IMG/VR virus record: IMGVR_UViG_3300034071_000380
Location: 1 to 64,000 of that record
Source: a virus
Direction: 5' to 3' (one strand)
Length of the DNA: 64,000 nucleotides
Each line of letters begins with the position of its first letter. Position 1 is the stretch's first letter. Below, piece by piece: positions 38,744 to 47,616 of this stretch. Position numbers and translations under genes: made by a program. The notes under the pieces were generated by a model. The model was not told the DNA's origin. It did not search any database and saw only the letters and a program-made list of their open reading frames with translations.

Positions 38744-39304
38744 TTATGCAATTATTTCATTATAAATTAAGTATATTTGTTCTAAATCAGCAGCAAACTC
38801 TGTTGTTATTTGTGAATGTAGTTCTGTATTATCTTGTGTATTAAATCCAGGTACAGCATGTGTTCTACCATCAGATATTAAACTATTAGTTACATCCAAA
38901 TCATTTACTTGAAGCGGTTCCCCTAATTGTGGAAATTTTTGATAGAACTTATTAAGTACAGAATTTATATCAGTACACATTTCGTCAAACCTAGAGATAA
39001 AAATATTTTCTTTATTATTTTTAATATCTTCTAAATATGTTTTAACATATTTAACGTGTTGATTTTTTTGCTCAGTGTTGTTTTCTATTTTAAAAAATGA
39101 AAAAACAGAACTAAGTGTATCTACTGGATCTCTTAAAGAAATTGCTATTCCAGAATAAATTGTTAAATCTTTTATAAGTCCGACCCCAAAATGTGGCGCA
39201 GGGTCGTCTGAAGTAATAACTGCATTTGGATAAGCAATTTTTAAAGAGTGGTGTAAAAAATTAGATCCTGTTCTAAAATAACCATCAGAGTATATTAGCG
39301 TCAT
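38744..39304 (-). CDS. sulfotransferase-like protein
   Basis: GYFRTGSNFL (5'-PSB-like) and LRDPVDTLSS (3'-PB-like); ATGA-coupled start at 39304. Confidence 0.7.
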   Translation of the reverse strand: MTLIYSDGYFRTGSNFLHHSLKIAYPNAVITSDDPAPHFGVGLIKDLTIYSGIAISLRDPVDTLSSVFSFFKIENNTEQKNQHVKYVKTYLEDIKNNKENIFISRFDEMCTDINSVLNKFYQKFPQLGEPLQVNDLDVTNSLISDGRTHAVPGFNTQDNTELHSQITTEFAADLEQIYLIYNEIIA

Positions 39305-39471
39305 TCTACTTCCCTCCATGATAAAGATTCTTCATGCCAATAGTAAGTCTTTCCGTCTACTGGTAAAGCAACTGGTGAATCCCAATATTTACCTCCAAGA
39401 CCGTTGTCTTTTAAAACCCAAGACTCATGTGGTTTTGGTAAAGACTCATCAAATTCGTGATTAACCGACAT
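39301..39471 (-). CDS. 56-aa Trp/Pro-motif protein (MSVNHEFDESLPKPHESWVL...YWDSPVALP...YYWHEESLSWREVE)
   Basis: Read manually; paralogous to 43845..44201 and 47308..47616. Confidence 0.75.
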   Translation of the reverse strand: MSVNHEFDESLPKPHESWVLKDNGLGGKYWDSPVALPVDGKTYYWHEESLSWREVE

Positions 39472-41461
39472 ATTTTAAGATCACCACCCCATTACCACCG
39501 CTTGCACCAGGTGTATTTTGTGAATTTGAATTAATAATACTTACCCATCCACAACCTCCTCCGCCTCCAGTACCAGTACCATTCGCTCCTGCACCAGGCA
39601 ATGTAAAAGGTCTAAAGTTATCGACACGGGAATCTCCAGCAGAGCCAGATGCCCCGCCCAATCCGTCACCTGATGTGTATGGAGAATAAGGATTTGCTCC
39701 TCCACCACCTGCTGCGTATTTACTTCCAAAATATGTTACCGCCCCGCCTGGTACTCCATAGTAAGCATTACTTACAGTGTTTCCAGTTGAGTTTGGAGAT
39801 GCATTTAATGCACCACCTCCTCCACCAGCGTTATTTCCTTGTGCGTTAGATCCAGCTTTTCCTTGTCCAGATGTTCCTGATCCTCCTAAGTGTCTATTAG
39901 TATTAATACTATTATTTGAAACTGTCGCACCTCCGCCACCTGAACCAAATCCACTATTTGCAGTTACTCTAGCATTTGCAGTACTATTTGCTCCTCTTTC
40001 TCCTCCAAGGGCTGTTAAGTTTGCAAATACTGAAGAGTTTCCGCTAGTATCGCCTCCTCCTCCATTGCCAACTGTTACTGCGTAGTTAGTATTTGGGCTA
40101 ATTGAAAGGGCAGCAGAGTACTGTACTCCACCTGCGCCTCCACCGCCGCCGCCAAATTCACCAGAGAGATTAGATCCTCCAAAACCTCCGCCGCCGCCGC
40201 CGCCAACAAGTAGAACCTCAACATTTGATACTCCTGGGTTTGTAAAAGTGCCACTGGAATTAAATGTTGTTGTTAATGTAGTTGGAGCTGTAACTGCAGA
40301 AGATGCAGAGCTTGCTGCAGATGTTCCTTGTGCAGAGGTAGAGGTTACGGTAAATGTATAGCTAGTCCCACCAGTTAAACCTGAAACAACAATAGGTGAA
40401 GAAGATCCTGTTGCAGTAATTGAACCTGGGCTAGATGTTACGGTATAAGATGTTGGAGTATATCCAGTTGTTGGTGCTGTAAATGCAACAGAAATAGATC
40501 CAACTGTTGAAGTTTTTGTTCCTGCAACTGATGTTGGAGCAACGGGAACTGTTTGTCTTGCCATTGTAAATGCTCTGTCTACAAAGTTGCCACCAGAGTC
40601 AGTAGCTCTAATAGTAAATGATCCAGGAGAGGCAGAGCTAGAAGTTCCAGAAATTACTCCAGTTGAAGAGTTTAATGTCATTGAACTTGGAAGAGATCCA
40701 GACGCAATTGAGTATGTTATTGAAGAACCTCCGTCAGCATCTGTTGCTGACAAGGTTGTTGAGTATGCTAAATTTACAAAAAACGTTGGTAGAGTAGAAG
40801 ATGTGACCCAAACTGGAGCTGCTCCAACTGTTGCTGAATTTATTAACTTATGAGCATTTGATGATGTTGGTGGAGCAATTCCAGGATTTGTTGCAGTAAT
40901 TGTATAAGGAGAAAATGTAGTTGGCATATCGTCTGGTCTTGTAACAGTTAAAGATGTAGAAGATGTTCTAGTAACAGATTTTGCATTTCTAGCAACTGAA
41001 TCTGATCCAGTAAATGTTACTTCAACATCAGTAGCAAAATTTTGGCCCGTTAAAACAGTTGTGTTATTTATATTTGGAAGAGAAGCAGTACCTGTTGATA
41101 TTAATCTTGCGGCTGCTGCAACATTTGTTGCTATATCGCTAGTATTAAAAACATATAAAAATTGAAATACTAAAATATCATTATTTGTAGCTCCATAAAT
41201 AACAACTTTATTAAAAGATTTAGATGCAACAATAGTGGTTGATGCGGTTGTTGCATTTGCATAACCTGCGCTTGTTCCATCTTCATTAATAAGATAAACG
41301 TCTAGTGTTGCATCTGAAAGTGAAGATGTGCATATGTAGCTACCTGCTGGAAAAGTTGTTGTTAATGAAACATTTGTATAGCCAGAAGCTCCTACATTGA
41401 TATTAAAATCATTTGTTGCTGCTCCGCCGCCTCCAGATAAACTTGTATAACTTAATGCCAT
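39461..41461 (-). CDS. Gly-rich fibre/receptor-binding-like protein with Ig and FN3 domains
   Basis: He_PIG-like Ig, FN3, VEVLLVGGGGGG...GGNGVVILKY terminal domain; TAATG-coupled start. Confidence 0.7.
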   Translation of the reverse strand: MALSYTSLSGGGGAATNDFNINVGASGYTNVSLTTTFPAGSYICTSSLSDATLDVYLINEDGTSAGYANATTASTTIVASKSFNKVVIYGATNNDILVFQFLYVFNTSDIATNVAAAARLISTGTASLPNINNTTVLTGQNFATDVEVTFTGSDSVARNAKSVTRTSSTSLTVTRPDDMPTTFSPYTITATNPGIAPPTSSNAHKLINSATVGAAPVWVTSSTLPTFFVNLAYSTTLSATDADGGSSITYSIASGSLPSSMTLNSSTGVISGTSSSASPGSFTIRATDSGGNFVDRAFTMARQTVPVAPTSVAGTKTSTVGSISVAFTAPTTGYTPTSYTVTSSPGSITATGSSSPIVVSGLTGGTSYTFTVTSTSAQGTSAASSASSAVTAPTTLTTTFNSSGTFTNPGVSNVEVLLVGGGGGGGFGGSNLSGEFGGGGGGAGGVQYSAALSISPNTNYAVTVGNGGGGDTSGNSSVFANLTALGGERGANSTANARVTANSGFGSGGGGATVSNNSINTNRHLGGSGTSGQGKAGSNAQGNNAGGGGGALNASPNSTGNTVSNAYYGVPGGAVTYFGSKYAAGGGGANPYSPYTSGDGLGGASGSAGDSRVDNFRPFTLPGAGANGTGTGGGGGCGWVSIINSNSQNTPGASGGNGVVILKYVG

Positions 41462-41967
41462 TATCCTACTCTCCATCCATAAGTTGATCCAGTATAAATT
41501 AAAACAACTGCTGCATTATTTGCATCAATTTCTAAATCTTGAACTGAACCATTTATTTTATTTGAATTTGAACTTACTGTAATTTTATTTGTTGCTGCCT
41601 CCCCAGTTACATCAAATATATGAATTTCATCTCCCAAAGCAGGTGAGGCTGGAAGAGTTAATGTTCTAACAGCAGAAGTATTAACCATATAATTAATATT
41701 TTTAGCTATTGTTATATTTGAAGAAACTGAAACTGCTGTCCATAATGGAACAATTGAAGCTAAAGATGTTGGAGCATATGTTGTTCCGCCAGATGAATAT
41801 AAAAATTCTCCAGAACTAGGAGATGTTGTTGTTCCTGTTCCGCCGTATTGTGTTGCTAAATTTGTATGAGAATCAACTAAATGATCAGTAGATAATAAAA
41901 CTCCACTAGCATTGCTTAGTCCAGCTATAGTAAGCTTATTCTTTACTTTAAAATCTTTATCTGACAA
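41461..41967 (-). CDS. fibre adaptor-like protein (KDFKVK family)
   Basis: DKDFKVKN N-terminus; TLTLPASP..GDEI..FD...YTGSTYGW domain. Confidence 0.65.
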   Translation of the reverse strand: MSDKDFKVKNKLTIAGLSNASGVLLSTDHLVDSHTNLATQYGGTGTTTSPSSGEFLYSSGGTTYAPTSLASIVPLWTAVSVSSNITIAKNINYMVNTSAVRTLTLPASPALGDEIHIFDVTGEAATNKITVSSNSNKINGSVQDLEIDANNAAVVLIYTGSTYGWRVG

Positions 41968-42027
41968 GTCGGTTCACTATCCCCTTATTGATATAGGATA
42001 ATTATAGCATAATGGGATTATTAGGCT

Positions 42028-42327
42028 TTAAAATGCTGTATCTGGCTCTTTTTTAGATGTTATTATAACAGCCTTTGTTCCGTCCCAACGTACACGACCT
42101 TTACATCCAACATTAAACTTTTTAACTTCGCCTTCATAGGAAATTTGATCATGCATGTATCCATGAATTTCAAATCCGCTTGCGAGAAGTTCCACACCAT
42201 TTATATAAACTCTCCAGACCAAAGGATTATCTTTTTCTGCTTTAGTATTAAAACGTAGAATAATATCATCATATGGGCGAAGCCATCTGTCTTTAGCAAT
42301 TTTTAAAACATAGCTTAATTTACTCAT
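42028..42327 (-). CDS. hypothetical protein
   Basis: ATGA-coupled to the APS kinase fusion gene. Confidence 0.6.
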   Translation of the reverse strand: MSKLSYVLKIAKDRWLRPYDDIILRFNTKAEKDNPLVWRVYINGVELLASGFEIHGYMHDQISYEGEVKKFNVGCKGRVRWDGTKAVIITSKKEPDTAF

Positions 42328-43082
42328 ATACCCATTTCCTTGCGTTTTTGCGTTGCAGAAATAGCATGAATATCTGCACCTAAATCTACTTGTTCAATCT
42401 TATATCCTACGTCTCTTCCATATACAATATTTGTAATATTAGGCAGTCTTAGTACTAATGCACCATCCATAAAGTCATCCTTAGCAATATACTCTTTTAC
42501 CTGATCAAATGTTAACGGGTCTTTAGGACTTGTGTTATATGTATTACGTACTCCAAGAAGAACTTGTTCTGTTCTGTTTCCCGCCTCTTTATATAATGCG
42601 TGATGGCCTTCATGCCATGGCTGATATCTTCCAAGCATTAGTGTTGTTGGAGCGGACCAATCATGAAGATTAAACTTTTCAATTATATATGAAGCTTTAC
42701 CTTCGGTATCTAAGTTATGACTAATAAAAGATGCATCAAATTCTGTAGGACGCTCAAACATTTTATTTGTATCTTCAAAGCGTCCCTCTGCTAATGTATC
42801 CATAAATATCAAAATGTTTGGTTTGCCAAATGCTGCACGAGTTAGGCTTGTTGGGCAAATAAAATCTACAATTACTGTATGCCCTTGCCCATCTAGCATA
42901 CGTGCAATTTCACCCAATCTACGTGCATGCTCAATTCTATCTTCAATTGTAAATCCAAGATCTGAATTAATTGTTGCACGAACATAGTCTGCATTTAAAT
43001 GAATAGCGTTAATACGTTCTTTAAGGGCGGTAGCAAGGGTCGTCTTACCACTTCCTGGAAGTCCCATAATCTGTATAATCAT
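42324..43082 (-). CDS. cysC: adenylylsulfate kinase fused to an HxGH nucleotidyltransferase domain
   Basis: GLPGSGKTT, ADYVR...DLGFTIEDR (APS kinase); GRYQPWHEGH, YGRD, ISAT..R in the C-terminal half. Confidence 0.8.
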   Translation of the reverse strand: MIIQIMGLPGSGKTTLATALKERINAIHLNADYVRATINSDLGFTIEDRIEHARRLGEIARMLDGQGHTVIVDFICPTSLTRAAFGKPNILIFMDTLAEGRFEDTNKMFERPTEFDASFISHNLDTEGKASYIIEKFNLHDWSAPTTLMLGRYQPWHEGHHALYKEAGNRTEQVLLGVRNTYNTSPKDPLTFDQVKEYIAKDDFMDGALVLRLPNITNIVYGRDVGYKIEQVDLGADIHAISATQKRKEMGI

Positions 43083-43807
43083 TAACGATATTCCTTTGTT
43101 TGTCTATATTGAACTTTATATGAATCAAAAAATCTAGTTCTAAGCCTTGTTGTTATTTTATTTGTTTCGACAAGGTCTTCTTGTTTTCCAATAGACATCT
43201 GCCAATCTTCTCTTAAAAATGGAATTGCTTGAGCTATTGGAGTTCCAGCTGGGATAAGGCCTTCAAAATTTATATCGTTTAGTACAAACGGAAAATTAAC
43301 TGCAGCAGAGTATGTATCGGTATCTACAATTCCTGGCAAAATTGTGAAAGATGATTCTCTATGAAATGGTTGTGTAAATAAAACTGAATACCCAGGTGGA
43401 GTTTTGATTGCCCATGGATTTATCCATTTTGGATAGGAAACTTCATGCCCATTTCTATTCGGATGATTTGGTGCTTGTTCTACTGGATGAAATTCAATTA
43501 AACTAAAATTTGCCCATTCATACCATGGTTTTTTGCCTAAAGAATTTTCATTTTCGTCAAATATTTCTCTTTGTGAAACATATACATCTGCTGGAGTTTT
43601 AATAATATATCCTGCATTAATTACATCAAATACTGGCATACAACGTTTAATTGTTCCTGTTGTATTGCCATTTCCTGATGGCTTTTTTTCTCCGCCCATA
43701 TATGACTCTAAATCTTTATACCAAGAAGGTATGTTTTTTGAAGCGGGTTCTGGAGGAAATATCTCTTCAATCCCCATCATATTTGTAAAAGTAATTATTT
43801 GATTCAT
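43082..43807 (-). CDS. phage protein of unknown function (possible dUTPase-like beta-clip fold)
   Basis: TIKRCMPVFD...GY...NPWAIKTPPGYS...PGIVDTD...GTPIAQAIPF pattern. Confidence 0.55.
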   Translation of the reverse strand: MNQIITFTNMMGIEEIFPPEPASKNIPSWYKDLESYMGGEKKPSGNGNTTGTIKRCMPVFDVINAGYIIKTPADVYVSQREIFDENENSLGKKPWYEWANFSLIEFHPVEQAPNHPNRNGHEVSYPKWINPWAIKTPPGYSVLFTQPFHRESSFTILPGIVDTDTYSAAVNFPFVLNDINFEGLIPAGTPIAQAIPFLREDWQMSIGKQEDLVETNKITTRLRTRFFDSYKVQYRQTKEYR

Positions 43808-43844
43808 ATATAAAGTTTACTATATGTTGGTAAAATTGTAAAGA

Positions 43845-44201
43845 CTACTCATCTGTAGGAGGGGTACTTTGTTCTATTTCTACCCAATTAACTATATCTT
43901 CATTCCATATCCAATTTGAAGAATCTGGTTTAGCAATAGGCGGAACCCATTCATTTAGATCCTCATCAAATACCCATGAAGGGTGTGGAGATGGAAGAAG
44001 AAATCTGTTTCCATTCCAAAATGCAACCCCTATAGAGGCAAGCTCTTTTTCAAAATCCATAGGGTAAGCATTTGCACAAGAAAAATCTATTTTTAGCCTA
44101 TCTATAGTTGTAGAGTCATTTTCTTTAACTACAAAAACATGTTGCAAAACATTATTTTCATCTACAAATCCATATCTAACATCTTTTAAGTTTTCAGACA
44201 T
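43845..44201 (-). CDS. Trp/Pro-motif small protein (putative fibre chaperone)
   Basis: PSPHPSWVFDEDLNEWVPPIAKP...WIWNEDIVNW. Confidence 0.6.
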   Translation of the reverse strand: MSENLKDVRYGFVDENNVLQHVFVVKENDSTTIDRLKIDFSCANAYPMDFEKELASIGVAFWNGNRFLLPSPHPSWVFDEDLNEWVPPIAKPDSSNWIWNEDIVNWVEIEQSTPPTDE

Positions 44202-44778
44202 TGCTTTTCTCCATCTTTTCTTTTATTTTACTATATATTTCTATAGCTTCTTGAGTTTCATTTAATTTTAAAAAATCTTCTTTTATTTTTAAATCTGGTA
44301 GATACTCACTTCTTTTGTTAAAAAACATTTTTTTATTTCTTTCCATATATTCATTAATTAAATCTAAATCAGCAGTATTTGTTTTTTTTATTTTAAATTT
44401 TTTTGAAATTAGATTAGAAATGTAATCTAAGTTTTTTGTAAAAATATCAAAATCTAGACATAGAATATTATCAAAGTTTTCATAAACATAATTCATGTAT
44501 CTTGTATAAAATTTTATATCTAAATCAATGTTTACGCCTGCATCTTTTCTATTTAAAAATTTTTTAAATTCATAAAATGAAGCAATAGTATCTATCGGGT
44601 TACGTATTGGTACTATAATGTTATTTTTTTGTTCAACCTGTTTAGATAAATATATTACAGAATGCTCATGTAAAGACATACACTTTACATCTTTATACAT
44701 ACTTTCTATGCAGGTCTCTAGAAATGTATTTCCAGTTCTAAAAAATCCAGCAATGACTATGTTAGACTGATCTTCCAT
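44194..44778 (-). CDS. sulfotransferase-like protein
   Basis: GFFRTGNTFL (5'-PSB-like) and IRNPIDTIASFY (3'-PB-like). Confidence 0.7.
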   Translation of the reverse strand: MEDQSNIVIAGFFRTGNTFLETCIESMYKDVKCMSLHEHSVIYLSKQVEQKNNIIVPIRNPIDTIASFYEFKKFLNRKDAGVNIDLDIKFYTRYMNYVYENFDNILCLDFDIFTKNLDYISNLISKKFKIKKTNTADLDLINEYMERNKKMFFNKRSEYLPDLKIKEDFLKLNETQEAIEIYSKIKEKMEKSNV

Positions 44779-46795
44779 AGACCCTTATAAATCCATCTCC
44801 GCCGTTTCCACCACTGCCTGAAGAATATCCAGTATGTGGGGTATTGCTAGCACCTCCACCGCCGCCACCGCCAGCACCAGCAGTATTTGCTGCTGATCCT
44901 GAATTTCCGTGACCACCGCCTGAATCAAAACCTCCGTATCCATATGGATTTTGGTTGGTACTTGAGCCATTTCCAGAGCCTCCTGAGCCGCCTCCTGGGG
45001 TTCCACCAGCTCCGCCATTACCACCAGCAGCGGATCCATCAAATCCATTTGTTCCTCCGCCTCCGCCGCCGCCGCCAGAACCAGACATTGCAAGAACTGG
45101 AATGTTTGCAACAGAAAGATCAATACTAAGTGCTGAGTTGGTTCCAGCGGTTCCAGTCTGTCCTGGCTTTCCGCCACTACCACCTGAACCACCAGTTTGT
45201 CCAACTCTAGTTATTGCTCCATTAACATTTGAAGTTGCTGTTGGCTGGTTATTCGCTGGCATAGTTGTTGTAGCTAAATTTCCAAATGCTGTTGTTGATC
45301 CAACAGTAACATCGTAAGTTGTTGTTGGGGTTACAACAGTATCTTTAAATCCAAAACCTGCTGCTGAGCTTCCTCCTTTTCTACCAGAATTAGCCATAAA
45401 TGAAGTTCCACCTCCTGCTTGACCAGAACCAATTCCAACAATTGCAAGCCTTGTAATTCCAGTTGGAACTGTAAATGTTCCAGATGAATTGTAAGTTTGC
45501 AATAATTCATATTGAGATGTGCTTGTTGCAGAATTTGAAGCAGAAGATGCAGAAGATGATCCATTTGCATTAGCTGCTGTTACTGTAAAGGTATATGGGG
45601 TTCCTACTGTAAGACCAGATACTGTAATAGGCGATGTGCCTGTTCCAGTTACTGATCCTGGAGATGAGGTCGCTGTATATGTAACAGATTTTCCGCCTGT
45701 TGCGCCTGCTGTAAACGCAACTGAAATTTTTCCATTAAATGCATCTGTAGCTGTTCCAATTGTAGGAGCTTGAGGAACTGTTGTTGCTGTAATGCTACTA
45801 GTTGCTGAAGAAGATAGAGAGTTGCCAGTAGCGTTTGTGGCGGTTGCAGTAAATGTATACGATGTGTTTGACTGTAGTCCAGCCACTGTAATTGGAGAAG
45901 AAGATCCAGTTCCAGTAAATCCACCTGGAGAAGAAGTTACTGTGTATCCAGTAATTTCGGATCCTCCAGTTTGGCCAGCTGTAAATGTGACTGATGCTGC
46001 TCCGTTATTAAATGCACGAGATGTTCCAACATCTGTAGCTGTTCCAATTGTAGGAGCTTGTGGAAGTGTAGCAGCTGTTATTGAGCTTGATGCTGATGAA
46101 CTTGATGTTGTTCCATTTGCATTTGTTGCTGTGACTGTAAATGTATATCCTGTTCCAGCTGTTAATCCAGAAACGGTTAATGGCGAAGAAGCGCCAGTTT
46201 GAGTAAATGATCCAGGAGATGATGTTACTGTATATGTAGTAGATTTTCCACCAGTAGCGTTTGGAGTAAATGATACTGTTGCTTCTGGTGCAGATCCATA
46301 TGCTATGTTTGAAACAAGTGCCGCTGAAACTGAACTTGGAAGGTCTGGTATTGTTGTTGCTGTAATTGCTGACGAAGGCGCAGATGCAAGTGAGTTTCCA
46401 TATGCGTTTGTTGCAGTTACTGTAAATGTGTATGCTGTATTAGACTGTAGACCCTCTACAACAACTGGTGAAGACACTCCAGTTGCAGTATATCCTCCTG
46501 GTGATGATACGACTGTATATCCAGTAATAAATCCACCAGATGTTGGTGCTGAAAAAGATACTGATGCTGCTCCATTGTTAAATGCACGAGATGTTCCAAC
46601 ATCTGTGGCTGAAACATTTGTAGGTGAACCTGGAATTGCTCCTAATGTTACCCATCCAGAAGAAGTATAAATTTCTTGTGCTCCTAATGTTCCATTATAA
46701 TAAAAGTCTCCAATTGATGCAGGATCTGGTCTATTTGCTGTTGTTCCTTTTGGAATGCTTGATCCACCCAATAAGTCTGATCTTTTTAATACCAT
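44762..46795 (-). CDS. Gly-rich fibre/receptor-binding-like protein with four FN3 repeats
   Basis: 4x YT.TSSPG...SP.TV.GL...YTFT.TA repeats; terminal GGDGFIRVY; TAATG-coupled start. Confidence 0.75.
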   Translation of the reverse strand: MVLKRSDLLGGSSIPKGTTANRPDPASIGDFYYNGTLGAQEIYTSSGWVTLGAIPGSPTNVSATDVGTSRAFNNGAASVSFSAPTSGGFITGYTVVSSPGGYTATGVSSPVVVEGLQSNTAYTFTVTATNAYGNSLASAPSSAITATTIPDLPSSVSAALVSNIAYGSAPEATVSFTPNATGGKSTTYTVTSSPGSFTQTGASSPLTVSGLTAGTGYTFTVTATNANGTTSSSSASSSITAATLPQAPTIGTATDVGTSRAFNNGAASVTFTAGQTGGSEITGYTVTSSPGGFTGTGSSSPITVAGLQSNTSYTFTATATNATGNSLSSSATSSITATTVPQAPTIGTATDAFNGKISVAFTAGATGGKSVTYTATSSPGSVTGTGTSPITVSGLTVGTPYTFTVTAANANGSSSASSASNSATSTSQYELLQTYNSSGTFTVPTGITRLAIVGIGSGQAGGGTSFMANSGRKGGSSAAGFGFKDTVVTPTTTYDVTVGSTTAFGNLATTTMPANNQPTATSNVNGAITRVGQTGGSGGSGGKPGQTGTAGTNSALSIDLSVANIPVLAMSGSGGGGGGGGTNGFDGSAAGGNGGAGGTPGGGSGGSGNGSSTNQNPYGYGGFDSGGGHGNSGSAANTAGAGGGGGGGASNTPHTGYSSGSGGNGGDGFIRVYGRSV

Positions 46796-47280
46796 TAAAT
46801 TACACTCCATCCATATCCAGAACCTGTATAAACAACAGACACTACATCATAATTTATATCTATTTCTAAGTCTTGAACTGTTCCATTAATTTTGTTGCTA
46901 TTTGAAGCTACTGTGATTTTATTAGTTGCCGCCGATCCAATTATATCAAATATTTGTATCTCGTCCCCATTTGAGGGGGAGGCAGGAAGAGTAAGAGTTC
47001 TTACAGAACTAGTATCTACTAAATATCTTTTATTTACCTCTAAAGTAACATTAGAGGAAACAGAAGTTGTAGTCATTTGAACAAATGAGGGTGTAGGAAG
47101 AGATGACCAAGATGTATTGGTTCCATCTGATTTTAAATATTGTCCATTTGCTGAAGATTGAACTGGCAATAAAGCATTTAGGGAATTAGTAGCAGAAGTT
47201 TGTCCTGTTCCGCCCTCTGTAATAGGAAGCGGGGTACCAAGATCAAGCCCTGACTTTACTTTAAAATCTTTATCTGCCAT
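46795..47280 (-). CDS. fibre adaptor-like protein (KDFKVK family)
   Basis: Paralogue of 41461..41967. Confidence 0.65.
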   Translation of the reverse strand: MADKDFKVKSGLDLGTPLPITEGGTGQTSATNSLNALLPVQSSANGQYLKSDGTNTSWSSLPTPSFVQMTTTSVSSNVTLEVNKRYLVDTSSVRTLTLPASPSNGDEIQIFDIIGSAATNKITVASNSNKINGTVQDLEIDINYDVVSVVYTGSGYGWSVI

Positions 47281-47307
47281 TAGTACACCTCCCTATTTTT
47301 TAGTAAA

Positions 47308-47616
47308 TTACAATATAATCCAGTTTTGATTTTCCTCAGACCACTCATATGAAGACTCGGTTTGCGGTTCAGGAATTGGGGCTTCCCATTTGTGAAATTC
47401 TGTATTCCAGGACCAAGAATCAAATGGCTTAGTAACAAATAGTGCTTCTGAAGTTTCTGGAAGATAATATTCTCCATCTTCGTGAACTTTATATGAAAAA
47501 CCACCAAGGTGCTCTTTAAATATATTTAGAAGTTCAGTATTGTCTTTATCTTCTTCATTTATTAAGATAGTTGTTATTGCTTTACCGTCTTTATCAAATA
47601 CTGTTAAGTCTTTCAT
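47308..47616 (-). CDS. Trp/Pro-motif small protein (putative fibre chaperone)
   Basis: KPFDSWSWNTEFHKWEAPIPEP...YEWSEENQNW; ATGA-coupled start. Confidence 0.6.
   Translation of the reverse strand: MKDLTVFDKDGKAITTILINEEDKDNTELLNIFKEHLGGFSYKVHEDGEYYLPETSEALFVTKPFDSWSWNTEFHKWEAPIPEPQTESSYEWSEENQNWIIL

Noticed and set aside
46010-46606. 27-bp exact direct repeat (AAATGCACGAGATGTTCCAACATCTGT) as an att or mobile-element boundary
   Set aside because: Both copies encode the same TDVGTSRAF segment of duplicated FN3 domains within one gene.
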